This document shows positions 52,209 through 63,141 of a stretch of 64,000 nt of DNA, piece after piece; the first letter of the stretch is position 1; each line of letters begins with the position of its first letter. The notes below the pieces were generated by a model, which was given only the letters and a program-made list of their open reading frames with translations, did no database searches and was not told where the DNA came from. This stretch comes from Longimicrobiales bacterium. Lineage in GTDB: Bacteria; Gemmatimonadota; Gemmatimonadetes; Longimicrobiales; Gaopeijiaceae. A program made the translations under genes and the position numbers. The stretch covers positions 1 to 64,000 of the forward strand of contig CBDCKN010000009.1 in assembly GCA_965218295.1 (NCBI GenBank), in the 5' to 3' direction.

Positions 52209-52366
52209 AAGGTTTTCTCAACCTCATGGGAATGTCCGTGGGTGGATGGCTGGGCTGGGTGCTCGGGGCTCCGATCTCGTTCTTCACCGCGTTCGTCGTC
52301 GGCCTGGTCGGGACCGGCATCGGGTTGTACGTCACGCAGCGCGCCTTGAAACGCCTTCTTCCCTAA
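52205..52366 (+). CDS. 53-aa Gly-rich two-TM protein
   Basis: MKGFLNLMGMSVGGWLGWVLG...VGLVGTGIGLY. Confidence 0.7.
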   Translation: MKGFLNLMGMSVGGWLGWVLGAPISFFTAFVVGLVGTGIGLYVTQRALKRLLP

Positions 52367-52525
52367 GGGCCTGCCCTCGCCCGATTGGCTTGAGAGGACT
52401 CACCGGTGGAACCGTGGCTGTTCTTGCTCGCGCTGGCTCTGGCTCTGTTGATCGGCCCCGATTGAATTGCCACCCCTTTCGATACCTGAACGATCGACGC
52501 CCGGGTTCTCTGACGGGGCCGCCGG

Positions 52526-53536
52526 TCACAGGGCCGCTCGAGCCTCTTCTGCGAAACGGCGTCGGCACCCCTCACAGCAGAAGTAGAAGGTCTGGCCGTC
52601 GCCCTCCCAGGTGTGTCGCGCCTCCGCCTTGGTGACCTTCATCCCGCAGATGGGATCGACGGCCTCGGCCTCTTCCCGTGGCTCTCCGGGGGTCGCGGCC
52701 ACCGGTTCCTCGGCCTCCTCGCCTTCCGCGTTTCCGGCCGAGGGGGCCCACCCCACCTCTTCCATCGAGCGTCGCGCCTGAACGATCTCGGCCATGATGC
52801 TGAGCGCGATTTCGTCGGGGCCCCGAGCGCCTATGTCCAAGCCCGCGGGGATCTTGAGGCGAGACAGCGCGTCCTCGTCCACACCCTCCTGCCTCACGTG
52901 CCGTATGATTTCTTGTCCCCGCTTTCGACTGGACACCAGCCCCACATAGGGAGGGTTGGAGCGGAGCAAGGCGGCCAGGGCCGATTCGTCGTAGTTGCCG
53001 TGGGTGGCCACCACGACGAAGGTGAGGGCGCTCACCCGGGACGATGCTTCCTCGAGGCTCGAGAAGACATCGTCGGCGTGGGCCATGGCGCCCGCCCCGT
53101 CCTGATCGACGGCGATCACCCGATAGCTCATGGCCTTGGCCAGGTGCGCCAGAGCCTGGGCGATGGGGAGGCCGCCGACTACGAGCAGCTGGGGCTTGGG
53201 CTGATGGGGCTCGATGAAGATGTCCAAGGTCCCCCCTCCGAAGCAGGTCATGCGTACCTCAGTGATTCCCTCCGGGGCGGGCTCGGCGCCCGGATCCGGC
53301 GAGAGGCGGATCAGGCGGCTCTGATCTTCCGAGATCGCCTTCACGGCCTCGGCGACCACGGTGGGTTGCGCGCAGCTCCCACCGATCCACCCGTACATCA
53401 CACCGTCCAGCGTGACGATGGCTCGATCGCCGGGCCGGGCCGACGTGGGCTTCTCGGCCCGCACGACCGTGGCCGTGGCGAACGGGACGCCGTCGCGGGC
53501 AAGCCCATCGGCCTTCTCGAAGAAGTCGTGGTACAT
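52526..53536 (-). CDS. coxF: XdhC/CoxF maturation protein with C-terminal YHS domain
   Basis: GWIGGSC, MTC.GGG, ATHG, PAGLDIGA and EIALS. YHS motif DPICGM...YFCCEGC. Confidence 0.88.
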   Translation of the reverse strand: MYHDFFEKADGLARDGVPFATATVVRAEKPTSARPGDRAIVTLDGVMYGWIGGSCAQPTVVAEAVKAISEDQSRLIRLSPDPGAEPAPEGITEVRMTCFGGGTLDIFIEPHQPKPQLLVVGGLPIAQALAHLAKAMSYRVIAVDQDGAGAMAHADDVFSSLEEASSRVSALTFVVVATHGNYDESALAALLRSNPPYVGLVSSRKRGQEIIRHVRQEGVDEDALSRLKIPAGLDIGARGPDEIALSIMAEIVQARRSMEEVGWAPSAGNAEGEEAEEPVAATPGEPREEAEAVDPICGMKVTKAEARHTWEGDGQTFYFCCEGCRRRFAEEARAAL

Positions 53537-53554
53537 CCGCCGCTGCCCGCCCGC

Positions 53555-55990
53555 TCAGTCGCTCACTCCATTGTCCCGGAGCAGCTTCCACACCCTGTCG
53601 GGGGAGATGGGGATCTCCACGTGCTTCACCCCGAGGTGCCAAAGCGCGTCGACCACCGCGTTGGCGATGGCCGGCGGCGCGCCTACGGTCGCCGACTCAC
53701 CCACTCCCTTGGCCCCGAGGGGGTGGTGGGGCGACGGCGTGATCGTCCTCCCCAGCTCCCACTTCGGGGACTCAACCGCGGTGGGGACCAGGTAGTCGGC
53801 GAGCGTGCCCGTGAGGTTCTGCCCGTTCTCGTCGTAGACGATCTCCTCGAAGAGCGCCGGGGCCAGGCCCATGGTCAGTCCACCGTGGATCTGACCCTCG
53901 ACGACCAGGGGATTGATGATGTTCCCGCAGTCGTCGACGGCGACGAACCGGCGGATGTCCACTTGCCCCGTACCCTTGTCGATGTCCACCACGCAGATGT
54001 AGCTACCGAACGGGAAGGTCAGGTTCGGCGGGTCGTAGTAGTCGGTGGCCTCGAGGCCCGCTTCCATTCCAGGTGGGTGGTCGGTGTACGCCGCGAAGGC
54101 GATCTCCTGGATTGTCTTCGCCTGGTCGGGAGAGCCCCGCACCTGCCATTTGTCCACGTTCCACTCCAGGTCGTTCTCGCCCACCTCCAGCAGGTAGGCG
54201 GCGATCTTTCTGGCCTTGACCTTGATCTTTCTGGCGGCCATGGCCGCTGCGGCACCGGCCGTCGGCGTCGACCTGCTGCCGTACGTTCCGAGACCGTAGG
54301 GCGCCGTGTCGGTATCGCCCTCCTCGATCTCCACGTCGGCCGCCGGGAGGCCGAGCTCTTCAGCGACGATCTGGGCGTATGTCGTCTCGTGCCCCTGTCC
54401 TTGGGACTTGGTCCCGAAGCGCGCCATCGCCTTCCCGGTGGGATGAATGCGGATCTCCGCCGAGTCGAACATCTTGATCCCGAGGATGTCGAAGTCCCGC
54501 GAGGGGCCCGCCCCCACCGCCTCCGTGAAGCTCGAGATACCGATCCCCATGAGCTCACCTCGAGCCCGCCGCTCCTCCTGCTCCTTACGGAGTGCCGGGT
54601 AGTCGATCATGTCCATGGCCTTCCGGAGGGCCCCCTCGTAGTTGCCGGAGTCGTACAGCCATCCGGTGGGCGACTGGTAGGGGAACTGATCGGGGCGGAT
54701 GAAGTTCTTCAGACGGAAGTCGGCCGAGTCCTCTCCGAGCTCGTGCGCCATGATGTCGGTCATGCGCTCGATCATGTGCACCCCCTCGCTCACGCGGAAC
54801 GAGCAGCGATAGGCGATCCCTCCCGGCGGCTTGTTCGTGTAGACGCCGTCCACCACGATGTGCGCGGCTTGTAGATCGTAGGACCCGGTGCAGATGCTGT
54901 AGACGCCCGCCGGGAATTTCGACGGCTGCGCCGCGGCGTCCGCGCAGCCGTGATCCGCCAGGGTCTTCACGCGGAGGCCCGTGATGCGGCCATCCTCGTC
55001 GGCAGCCATCTCCGCCGTGATGTGATAATCCCGGGCGAAGCTGTCGGCCTGGAGGTTCTCGCTCCGGTCCTCCACCCACTTCACCGGCAAGCCCGTGACC
55101 AGGCTGGCGACGATGCAGCAGACGTAGCCCGGATAGATCGGCACCTTGCCCCCGAACCCTCCGCCGAGGTCCGGCGAGATGATCTGGATCTTGTGCTCCG
55201 GAAGTCCGCTCACCATGGCGAAGACCGTCCGGTGGGCGTGGGGAGCCTGGGACGTCATGTAGATCTGCATCCGCTCGGTGACCTTGTCGTAGTTGGCCAC
55301 CATGCCACAGGTCTCGATGGACGCCACGTGGATCCGAGGGATGTGCATGGACTGCGAACCGGTGTGGGCCGCTTCTGCGAACACGCGCTCAGTGGCTTCG
55401 GCGTCGCCGGCCTCCCAGTGCCATATGTGGTTGGTCCTCTCCTCCTTGTCGTCCCGGACGATCACCTCGTCCTTCATCGCCTCGAACGGATCGACAACGG
55501 GATCGAGGGGCTCGTAGTCCACGAAGACCTTCTCGACCGCGTCCGCGGCCGTGTAACGAGTGGTGGCGATCACCACGCAGACCTCCTGGGCGTAGTAGAC
55601 CACTTTGTCGATGGGGAGGACCATCTGGGTGTCCGACATGAGAGTCGGCATCCAGTGCAGGTTCCCCGCCGCCTCCAGGTCCTTCCCGGTGATCACCGCG
55701 GCCACCCCGTCCATGGCGAGGGCTTCACTGGGGTCGATGCTCAGGATCTTGGCGTGTGCGTAGGGGCTTCGGACGATGTCCATGTAGAGCATGCTGGGCA
55801 GCTTGACGTCGTCCAGGTAGCGCCCTCTGCCTCGGATGAATCGGGGATCCTCCTTGCGCTTCATCCGGTGGCCCATCCCGCAGATCTCAGGAGGCGTGGT
55901 CACACGGATCTCGTCGACGGTCTCCACGATTGCCGACGTTTCCTCGGGAATCGGTGTGTGCTGTTCGACCCTGTCTTCGAAGTGCGTCAT
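53555..55990 (-). CDS. coxL: Aerobic CO dehydrogenase large subunit, form I
   Basis: Active-site AYRCSFR (form I AYxCSFR), [22 protein letters not shown] and AKGVGE. Confidence 0.97.
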   Translation of the reverse strand: MTHFEDRVEQHTPIPEETSAIVETVDEIRVTTPPEICGMGHRMKRKEDPRFIRGRGRYLDDVKLPSMLYMDIVRSPYAHAKILSIDPSEALAMDGVAAVITGKDLEAAGNLHWMPTLMSDTQMVLPIDKVVYYAQEVCVVIATTRYTAADAVEKVFVDYEPLDPVVDPFEAMKDEVIVRDDKEERTNHIWHWEAGDAEATERVFAEAAHTGSQSMHIPRIHVASIETCGMVANYDKVTERMQIYMTSQAPHAHRTVFAMVSGLPEHKIQIISPDLGGGFGGKVPIYPGYVCCIVASLVTGLPVKWVEDRSENLQADSFARDYHITAEMAADEDGRITGLRVKTLADHGCADAAAQPSKFPAGVYSICTGSYDLQAAHIVVDGVYTNKPPGGIAYRCSFRVSEGVHMIERMTDIMAHELGEDSADFRLKNFIRPDQFPYQSPTGWLYDSGNYEGALRKAMDMIDYPALRKEQEERRARGELMGIGISSFTEAVGAGPSRDFDILGIKMFDSAEIRIHPTGKAMARFGTKSQGQGHETTYAQIVAEELGLPAADVEIEEGDTDTAPYGLGTYGSRSTPTAGAAAAMAARKIKVKARKIAAYLLEVGENDLEWNVDKWQVRGSPDQAKTIQEIAFAAYTDHPPGMEAGLEATDYYDPPNLTFPFGSYICVVDIDKGTGQVDIRRFVAVDDCGNIINPLVVEGQIHGGLTMGLAPALFEEIVYDENGQNLTGTLADYLVPTAVESPKWELGRTITPSPHHPLGAKGVGESATVGAPPAIANAVVDALWHLGVKHVEIPISPDRVWKLLRDNGVSD

Positions 55991-56490
55991 GAGACCGGCT
56001 CCTCTGCGGGCTGTGCCTGCAGCTTCTCTGCCGCGTACTGCACGGCTTCCACGATGTTGTTGTAGCCCGTGCACCGGCACAGGTTGCCCGAAATCCCGAT
56101 GCGGATGTCCTCCTCCGTCGGGTTCGGATTCTTGGAGAGGAGGTGGGCCGCGCTCATGATCATTCCGGGGGTGCAGAACCCACACTGAAGTCCGTGCTTC
56201 TCCCAGAAGCCTTCCTGAAGCGGATGGAGAGCACCGTCTTGCTCTATTCCCTCGATCGTCTGCAGCTCGCCCCCGTTGGCCTGGACCGCGAACAGCGTGC
56301 AGCTCTTCACCGCCGTCCCGTCGAGGATCACGGTGCAAGCGCCGCAGCTCGACGTGTCACACCCGATGTGTGTTCCGGTCAGATCGAGCTCCTCACGGAT
56401 GAAGTGGACGAGCAGCATCCTGGCCTCGACATCCTTCGTGACCGTCTCGCCGTTTACGGACACGGCGACGGTATGCGTCTTCTGGCTCAT
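55987..56490 (-). CDS. coxS: CO dehydrogenase small 2Fe-2S subunit
   Basis: [18 protein letters not shown] and NLCRCTGY. Confidence 0.96.
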   Translation of the reverse strand: MSQKTHTVAVSVNGETVTKDVEARMLLVHFIREELDLTGTHIGCDTSSCGACTVILDGTAVKSCTLFAVQANGGELQTIEGIEQDGALHPLQEGFWEKHGLQCGFCTPGMIMSAAHLLSKNPNPTEEDIRIGISGNLCRCTGYNNIVEAVQYAAEKLQAQPAEEPVS

Positions 56491-57362
56491 GAGGAGCCCC
56501 CTTCGGCCCGCGCGACGGCCGCTCGGATGGCTCGCTTGGTCAGGACCCTGGTGAGGTCCCTCTTGTATGCGACGCTGCCGCGCAGGTCCGCCGACGGGTC
56601 GCACTCGGCGGCGGCCGCCGCTCCGGCCGCCTCGATCACGTCCTCGGTGACGGCGTTCCCCGCAAGCGCTGACTCCGCCCCGGTCGCTCTCATGGGAACG
56701 GGGCTCACGTTGGTGAGAGCGATCCGCGCCGACACGCACTGGTCCCCCTCCATCGTCACGCGGACCGCCACGGCTGAAAGGGCGTAGTCGCCCACCTTCC
56801 GCTCCATCTTCACGTAGGCGCCCCCCTGTCCGGGACCCGGCGAGGGGACCCGAATCTCCGTCAAGATCTCGTTGGGGTGGAGGGCGCTCTCGAAGAGCCC
56901 GACGAAGAAGTCGTCGATTGGAATGCTCCGCTCTCCATCGGGACCCTGAGCGACGACCGTGGCGCCCAGTGCGAGCATCACCGCCGGGTGGTCGTTGGCC
57001 GGATCGGCGTGCGCGATATTGCCGCCCACCGTGCTGCGATTCCGCACCAGCGGATCAGCGATGACCTTGGAGGCGTCGGCCAGGATGGGATATCTCTCCC
57101 GCACGAGCTGAGAATCCTCAACCGCCGCTTCCCTCGTCAGGCCTCCGATCCGGAGCTCGCCGTCGTCCTCGCGAAGGTACTCCAGGTCCGGAATGCCGTT
57201 GATGTCGACGAGGGCCTCGGGAACGGCCAGCCTGAACCGCATGGCGGGGATCAGGCTGTGCCAGCCAGCCAGGATCTTCGCCCCGTCACCCAGCTGATCG
57301 AGCAGCCGGACCGCTTCGTCGACCGAGGAGGGGGCGTGGTAGTCGAACGCTCCGGGAATCAC
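56487..57362 (-). CDS. coxM: CO dehydrogenase medium FAD subunit
   Basis: [22 protein letters not shown] and [13 protein letters not shown] replaces the usual AGGHSL. Confidence 0.95.
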   Translation of the reverse strand: MIPGAFDYHAPSSVDEAVRLLDQLGDGAKILAGWHSLIPAMRFRLAVPEALVDINGIPDLEYLREDDGELRIGGLTREAAVEDSQLVRERYPILADASKVIADPLVRNRSTVGGNIAHADPANDHPAVMLALGATVVAQGPDGERSIPIDDFFVGLFESALHPNEILTEIRVPSPGPGQGGAYVKMERKVGDYALSAVAVRVTMEGDQCVSARIALTNVSPVPMRATGAESALAGNAVTEDVIEAAGAAAAAECDPSADLRGSVAYKRDLTRVLTKRAIRAAVARAEGGSS

Positions 57363-57431
57363 TGTGATAACCTCCTCAAAGTTGGGGCTGCCTTCGGAGC
57401 CGGCCGCCCTTCCGATGTCTCGTCACCCGTG

Positions 57432-58070
57432 TCAGAAAAGGGCCAAGCCGATCACCATCAGGATCACGACGGCGGCGGCCACCATCACCCAGCGTGGCAC
57501 CAGATCCTTGGCCACTTCCTTCGCCACTGCTGCGGCGAACTGCGCCTGTGAAGGGGACGCCGCGTCGGTCGCGAGTGCCGTGTCGGTCGCGAGTGCGGCG
57601 TCCGCAGTCGATTCTCCCCTCGGATCACCGACGCGCGCCAGGATGGCCGTGTTGAGACCCTCCAGGCTCTGCTTCGTGATGGCTTTCGCCGAGCTCTCGA
57701 TCAGGCGCTGCCCTACACTCGCGATGCGGCCGCCCACCTGGGCTCGGCTCGTGTAGGTGAAGTGGGTCTCGCCGTCGCGGCTCTCGAGCTCTAGGTGGGC
57801 CGTCGCCTTCACGAAACCGGGGGCTCCACGGCCATCCACCTGCATGGTGTATCGGGTCGGCCGCTCTATGTCCTCGAGCTTCACCTTGCCCTGAAACGTG
57901 CCTTGCACCGGTCCGATCTTGATGTTCAGCGCGCCCTCGTACTCGTTCTCGCCCACCAACTCGAGCTTCTCGCATCCGGGAAGCGCGGCGGCCAGCACGA
58001 CCGGATCGAGGAGGCACTGCCAGACCAGGTCCTGGGGGGCACGGAACGTGTACTCGCCGTCGAGGTTCAT
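57432..58070 (-). CDS. coxG: CoxG (SRPBCC domain plus C-terminal TM anchor)
   Basis: W..LLDP.VL...LPGC, VGGRIASVGQRLI and a terminal TM. Confidence 0.93.
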   Translation of the reverse strand: MNLDGEYTFRAPQDLVWQCLLDPVVLAAALPGCEKLELVGENEYEGALNIKIGPVQGTFQGKVKLEDIERPTRYTMQVDGRGAPGFVKATAHLELESRDGETHFTYTSRAQVGGRIASVGQRLIESSAKAITKQSLEGLNTAILARVGDPRGESTADAALATDTALATDAASPSQAQFAAAVAKEVAKDLVPRWVMVAAAVVILMVIGLALF

Positions 58071-58106
58071 GACTCTATTGGGCGCCTCCGGTGGTCGTGA
58101 CGGGCC

Positions 58107-59264
58107 CTATGAGCGCTTCGAGCGGGCCCGATGGGGTAGGTCGGCCAGCGAACCCGCGAGATCGCGCAGTGCCTCGAGATTCCGCACCGAGCGAAAATCA
58201 TCCACGTAGTCCAGAGCCGCTGCCATGCCGGAGACCACCGGTCGGTATCCGGGACGGCCCTGGTGAGGGTTCAGCCAACCTAAGTGATGACAGCGCGCCT
58301 GCAAGTAACGCATCTCGTGTCTCAGCACCTCCACGTCGCCTCGGTCCCACCCGTCGCTGATGACGAGAACCACGGCGCCTCGCCTGAGAACGCGGCGACT
58401 CCAATCACGATTGAAGGTTCTGAGGCATGCGCCGATGCGGGTGCCTCCGGCCCAGTCGACCACCTCCCGGGCAGCCGCGTCGATGGCCCGGTCCACGTTG
58501 CGGATCCGCATCTCGGGGGTGATGCGCGAGAGGCGCGTGCCGAACACGAAGCACTCCACCTCACGGAGGGAGCGGCTCATCACGTAGAAGAATTGCAGCA
58601 CCAGCCTCGAATACTTCTCCATGGAGCCGCTGATGTCCGCGATCAGGATGAGGGGGCGCTCCTTCACCTTGGGGCGGCGCCGGGGCAGGTGGAGGGGCAC
58701 GGATCTCAGCCTGGCCGTCTCACGCAGGGTCCTCCGCAGGTCGACGATGTTCCCCCGGCGGTCGGCGACGCGCCTTCTACTTCGACGGAGCGCGATCCTC
58801 CACTGGATCTGCATCATGAGGCGCCGCACCTCCTCCAGCTCGTCGGCGGACATCTCCGAAAAGTCCTTTCCCTGGAGGATCTCCTCCTCGCTGTAGGTGC
58901 CGTGGCGGTCGACCAGGTCCACCGATGGATCCGTCTTCTTCGCCACCGACGCACGATAGGTAGCGATGCTGAATCGTTGCTGGAACGGGGCGTCCCGTCT
59001 TCGCTCGGCGATCCCTCGGCTCCGCTTGCCGCCTGTTCCCGACGTCCGACTCCAGAAGTGGTTGAACACGATCTGAAACAGCTCGAGGTCCTCTCTGCGC
59101 TTCACCAGGAGCGACCGGGCGGTGTGGTAGACCTGATCGCGTGCACCCAGCTCCACCCAGCCCAGAGCCTCGGCCAAAGCCGCGATCTGTCCGGTGGTGA
59201 CGGGCAGCCCCAGGCGGCGCAGGGTTCTCCCGAAAGTGACGAGGTTCGGGACGATGGCGGCCAT
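58107..59264 (-). CDS. coxE: CoxE VWA-domain protein
   Basis: DISGSM MIDAS, FGTRL, WAGGTRIG, SDGWD and WLNP. Confidence 0.92.
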   Translation of the reverse strand: MAAIVPNLVTFGRTLRRLGLPVTTGQIAALAEALGWVELGARDQVYHTARSLLVKRREDLELFQIVFNHFWSRTSGTGGKRSRGIAERRRDAPFQQRFSIATYRASVAKKTDPSVDLVDRHGTYSEEEILQGKDFSEMSADELEEVRRLMMQIQWRIALRRSRRRVADRRGNIVDLRRTLRETARLRSVPLHLPRRRPKVKERPLILIADISGSMEKYSRLVLQFFYVMSRSLREVECFVFGTRLSRITPEMRIRNVDRAIDAAAREVVDWAGGTRIGACLRTFNRDWSRRVLRRGAVVLVISDGWDRGDVEVLRHEMRYLQARCHHLGWLNPHQGRPGYRPVVSGMAAALDYVDDFRSVRNLEALRDLAGSLADLPHRARSKRS

Positions 59265-60145
59265 CAGTCTGCCGAGGCGCGGTCCAACCACTCCCTCGCC
59301 ACGGTACCGCTCACCTTGTCCACGTCGTCCTGATACTTCAGAAGGAAGCCCAGCGTCGTAACGACTAGATCCTCGTTCAGCTCGGTGGCGTTCAGGTGGT
59401 GGAGAGCCCGAGCCCAGTCGAGGGACTCCGCCACGCCCGGCAGCTTGTACAGATCCTGGTCTCGCAGCACCTGGACGAATCGCACGATCTCCTCGGCCAG
59501 GGCCGGGCCGACCTCGGGGACCTTGGTCCGGACGATCTCCAGCTCCCTCTCGGCCGACGGATAGTCGATCCAGTGGTAGATGCATCGCCGCTTCAACGCG
59601 TCGTGGATCTCCCGGGTGCGGTTGGAGGTGACAAAGACGATGGGCACGTGCTCGGCCCGTAGGGTTCCGATCTCCGGCACCGTGACCTGGAAGTCGGCCA
59701 GGAGCTCGAGCAGGAAGGATTCGAACTCCTCGTCGGCTCGATCGAGCTCGTCGATCAGGAGGACCGGACGGCGCTCGTGGCTGGCGTCGATCGCCTGCAG
59801 CAGGGGCCTCTTGAGAAGGTACTCCTCGGTGAAGATGTCGGCGGTCGAGAGCCCCTCTCCGGACGTGACGCCGGCCTGGATCTCGAGCAGCTGGCGCGGA
59901 TAGTTCCACTCGTACACCGCCTGGCCGAGGTCGAGGCCCTCATAGCATTGCAGCCGAATGAGGGTCGTATCGAGGGCCTTGGCCACGACGTGGGCCAGCT
60001 CGGTCTTTCCCACGCCCGGCTCGCCCTCGAGGAAGAGGGCCTTCTCCATCCGCAAGGCCAGGAAGAGGCTGGTCGACAGCCCCACGTCGGAGAGGTATGC
60101 GTGGCCGGCCAGGGTACGTCCGGCCTCTTCGATGGAGTCGAACAT
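59264..60145 (-). CDS. coxD: CoxD MoxR-family AAA+ ATPase
   Basis: EGEPGVGKT, RLQCYEG, LIDELD and TSNRTREIHDALKRRC. Confidence 0.93.
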   Translation of the reverse strand: MFDSIEEAGRTLAGHAYLSDVGLSTSLFLALRMEKALFLEGEPGVGKTELAHVVAKALDTTLIRLQCYEGLDLGQAVYEWNYPRQLLEIQAGVTSGEGLSTADIFTEEYLLKRPLLQAIDASHERRPVLLIDELDRADEEFESFLLELLADFQVTVPEIGTLRAEHVPIVFVTSNRTREIHDALKRRCIYHWIDYPSAERELEIVRTKVPEVGPALAEEIVRFVQVLRDQDLYKLPGVAESLDWARALHHLNATELNEDLVVTTLGFLLKYQDDVDKVSGTVAREWLDRASAD

Positions 60146-60344
60146 GGGAGGTAAGCTGCTGGTTCCTTGTCACGGCGCAACCTGGCGGAGGTGCGGGACT
60201 ACGCGTTCGGGTCCTGAGCGGATTTCGTGCTCCCCGATGCCCCTTCCATTTTTCCCTATGGAGGAGATCGAGGGTGTAGGTATATTTGAAGGTGCGAATT
60301 AGGCGTGATCTGGTAACACGACTGTACACGAAAGGATCGCCACC

Positions 60345-61812
60345 GTGATTCGAGCGCTGTCGGCTTTGGCCGTGACCTTCGCCTTCCTCCTTCCCCTGAG
60401 TGCCCTCGCCGCCCAGGACTCCGGCCGGTGGGTTCCCACAGGATGGGAGATCTCTCCATTCGTAGGGGTCTTCGACGACCAACCGGAATTCCATCCGGAC
60501 GGCAGCAGCTCGGTCTTCGTCGACCCGGCCAAGAACATCTTCGGCGGAGGCCACGTGGCCTACAACTTCGCCTCGGGCCTCTTCGTGGATGCCGAGGGTG
60601 GATACTTCCCCCTGGACATGAGGCTGGAGACAGGAGGTGTGGTGGACCTGGACCTGGTGCTCGTCAGCGCTGGGGTGGGTTACAACGTCCCGCTCGGTGA
60701 GCGGATCCAGGCGTACGGCGTCGCCGGCCTGGGAGCTTCGAGCTGGAGCCCCGAGGGACTCGACTCCGAGACCGACCTCACGCTGACGTACGGCGGTGGG
60801 GTGCGGTTCTCGCTGACCCCAAGGATCGCGCTTCGGGCCGAGGCCCGAATGCACCAGGTCCCGGACGCGCTGGCGAACACCGCTGCCGCGCTGGCGGGCT
60901 CGGCGCTTTCCAAAGAGACGTTCTGGGGCTGGGGGTTCACGCTGGGCGCCTCCTTCTTCCTGAGTGGAAGTGGAAGCCAGGATTCCGACAGGGATGGTGT
61001 CGACGACAGCTCGGACGCCTGCCCCGACACACCCATGGGCGCCAGCGTAGATGCACGCGGCTGTGCGCTCGACTCGGATCGAGACGGCGTGGCTGACCAC
61101 GCGGACCAGTGTCCCTCCACTCCGGCCGGAGCCCGCGTTGACCGGGAACGGCTGCGCCACCGACGGGGACGATGACGGTGTGGCCGACGGTCTGGATCGC
61201 TGTCCGAGCACTCGGGCTGGGGCCCAGGTGGACGGGAACGGCTGCGCCACCGACGGCGACCGCGACGGAGTCCCCGACGGCCTCGACCGCTGCCCGAACA
61301 CCTGGGCCGGGGCTCGCGTAGACGGCGACGGATGCGCTTTGGACGGAGACCGAGATGGTGTGCCGGACGGCATCGACCGCTGCCCCGACACCGCGGCCGG
61401 CTCCGAGGTGGACGAGACCGGGTGCCCCGTGAGCGAGATCGAGCGGGAGCTCGAGGAAGAGGGACGCCTCACCTTCGGCGGCGTCAACTTCGCTAATGAC
61501 TCCGCGGAGCTCGAAGACGCGGCCAGCCCGATCCTCGAGGAAGTGGGAAGAGTTTTCACCTCCCGACCGGGCGAGCGCGTCCAGCTGACCGGACATACCG
61601 ATTCCACGGGGCCGGAGGCCTATAATCGGGCGCTGAGCCTGCGCCGGGCGCAGGCGGTGCGGGACTACCTGCTGGCCAACTTCCCGGGTCTCGACGCGGA
61701 ACGGTTCGAGGTCCAGGGCGCCGGCGAGTCCCAACCGGTCGCCGACAACGGCACCGAGGCCGGCCGGCGGCAGAACCGTCGGGTCGAGATCGTGCTCGGA
61801 GGTGCGCAGTAG
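60345..61812 (+). pseudogene. OmpA-family protein (barrel, 5 TSP3-like repeats, OmpA_C), frameshifted
   Basis: Signal peptide, DxDxDGV.D..D.CP repeats, GHTD and NRRVE. Extra C near 61143 relative to the sister repeat (GACCGGGAAC vs GACGGGAAC). Confidence 0.88.
60981..61430 (+). repeat. Five 90-bp (30-aa) Ca-binding TSP3-like repeats
   Basis: D(S/G)D.DGV.D..D.CP.T..G..VD..GC units. Confidence 0.85.
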
Positions 61813-61932
61813 GTTCGTTCGAAAAAAAAGTGCAGCGAACCGCTCCGGGAGGAGGTAAATTGTCTCCCCCTGAGGCGGTATCGTCACCGCTCGGGTCATC
61901 GAATCCGCTTTCCGTGACGCCCGACGAGCCAC

Positions 61933-62259
61933 ATGCAGACTCTCTTCTTCTTGATCGCCGGCCACGCCCTGGCCGACTTCGCGTTCCAGTCGGAGGCCAT
62001 GGCGAGGGGGAAGCACCGGAGCTACCGGGCACCGCCCCCCGACACCGAGCACTTCCCCCACTGGTTTTACTGGCTGACCAGCCACTCCCTCATCCACGGA
62101 GGGACCGTCGCGCTGATCACCGGCGTCTGATGGCTGGGCGTAGCCGAGACCGTGCTCCACTGGTTCGTCGACTACGCCAAGTGCGAGGACTGGATCGGCT
62201 TCCACACCGACCAGGGGATCCATGTGGCGTCCAAGGTCCTCTGGTGGCTGCTGCTCTGA
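61933..62259 (+). pseudogene. DUF3307-like membrane protein with an in-frame TGA
   Basis: GHALADF.FQ and HSLIH, then TGA at 62128, then in-frame HWFVD..K and DQGIH. Confidence 0.82.
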
Positions 62260-62551
62260 GCTGAGGCTAGTGCGGACCTGCCGACCCGATGGAGCGTGAT
62301 GAGCCCCGGATGGTACGGCCGAAAAGAGCGATCAGTCCTGTGAGCAGCAGTAGCCGCACTCGGTCTCTAGCAAAAGCGCCTGTCGGACGATAGCGCAGAT
62401 CTCGGAATCTTCCAGAGCCCCTCCGCCCAGTTTCTAGCAAAAGCCCCGACGCCCACGTAGATTTGCTGCGAACATGCCTTCGTCCCGTGTGGCCATGTTT
62501 GCCGCCTGGGGTGTGGGCGGAGCGGTAGAACCCATTAGACAGGAGGAAGAG

Positions 62552-63064
62552 ATGGCTGCCAAGCAGTTCACGATGGCCACTCTGGCCGGCGGGGTGGCTG
62601 CACTGGTCTTGGGCTACCTTTTCTACGGCCTGCTGTTGACGGACTTTTACGCCAGCAACACCGGGTCGGCCACAGGGGTCATGAAGGAGGTGCCCATCTG
62701 GTGGGCGCTGATCCTGGGACAAGTCCTCTTCGCGGCATTGCTCACCATGATTATGGACTGGCGAGGGGACTCCTCGGCGGGGGCCGGCTTGAAGACCGGC
62801 GCACTCGTAGGGCTAGTTCTGGGGCTCAGCTTCAACTTCACGTTCTACGGCACCGCGAACGTCGCGAATCTCACGGCCACCCTCGTCGATCCGATTGTTG
62901 CCGTGATCCAGACTGGCATCATGGGCGCGGTCATCGGCGCGGTCCTCGGGATGGGTAGCGCACCGGCGGTGGAGACGCCAGCCTCGACCGCTGAGCCCAC
63001 GCCGCCGCCGCCGCCACCGCCAGCCGCGGACGAGTACCCCGGAGAGCGATCAGCCGGGATATAG
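62552..63064 (+). CDS. Four-TM membrane protein with Pro-rich tail
   Basis: AGGAGG SD and four hydrophobic segments. Confidence 0.8.
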   Translation: MAAKQFTMATLAGGVAALVLGYLFYGLLLTDFYASNTGSATGVMKEVPIWWALILGQVLFAALLTMIMDWRGDSSAGAGLKTGALVGLVLGLSFNFTFYGTANVANLTATLVDPIVAVIQTGIMGAVIGAVLGMGSAPAVETPASTAEPTPPPPPPPAADEYPGERSAGI

Positions 63065-63141
63065 CCTTTCGTGGCGGCAGCAGGTCCCCGGGGCGCGGCG
63101 TCTAGAGAGCGTTCAAGGCGACGCCTAGCGTCGCGCCTCGA

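Noticed and set aside
2304..54874. Many long alternative-frame or antisense ORFs (e.g. 2304-3917, 4766-6028, 21324-22649, 52613-54874)
   Set aside because: Shadow ORFs expected at high GC. They overlap well-supported genes and have Arg/Gly/Pro-rich composition without motifs.
62128..62130. In-frame TGA in the DUF3307 gene as possible selenocysteine or recoding
   Set aside because: It lies in a hydrophobic segment best explained by TGG to TGA. TGA is a normal stop elsewhere in the window and no SECIS was evident.
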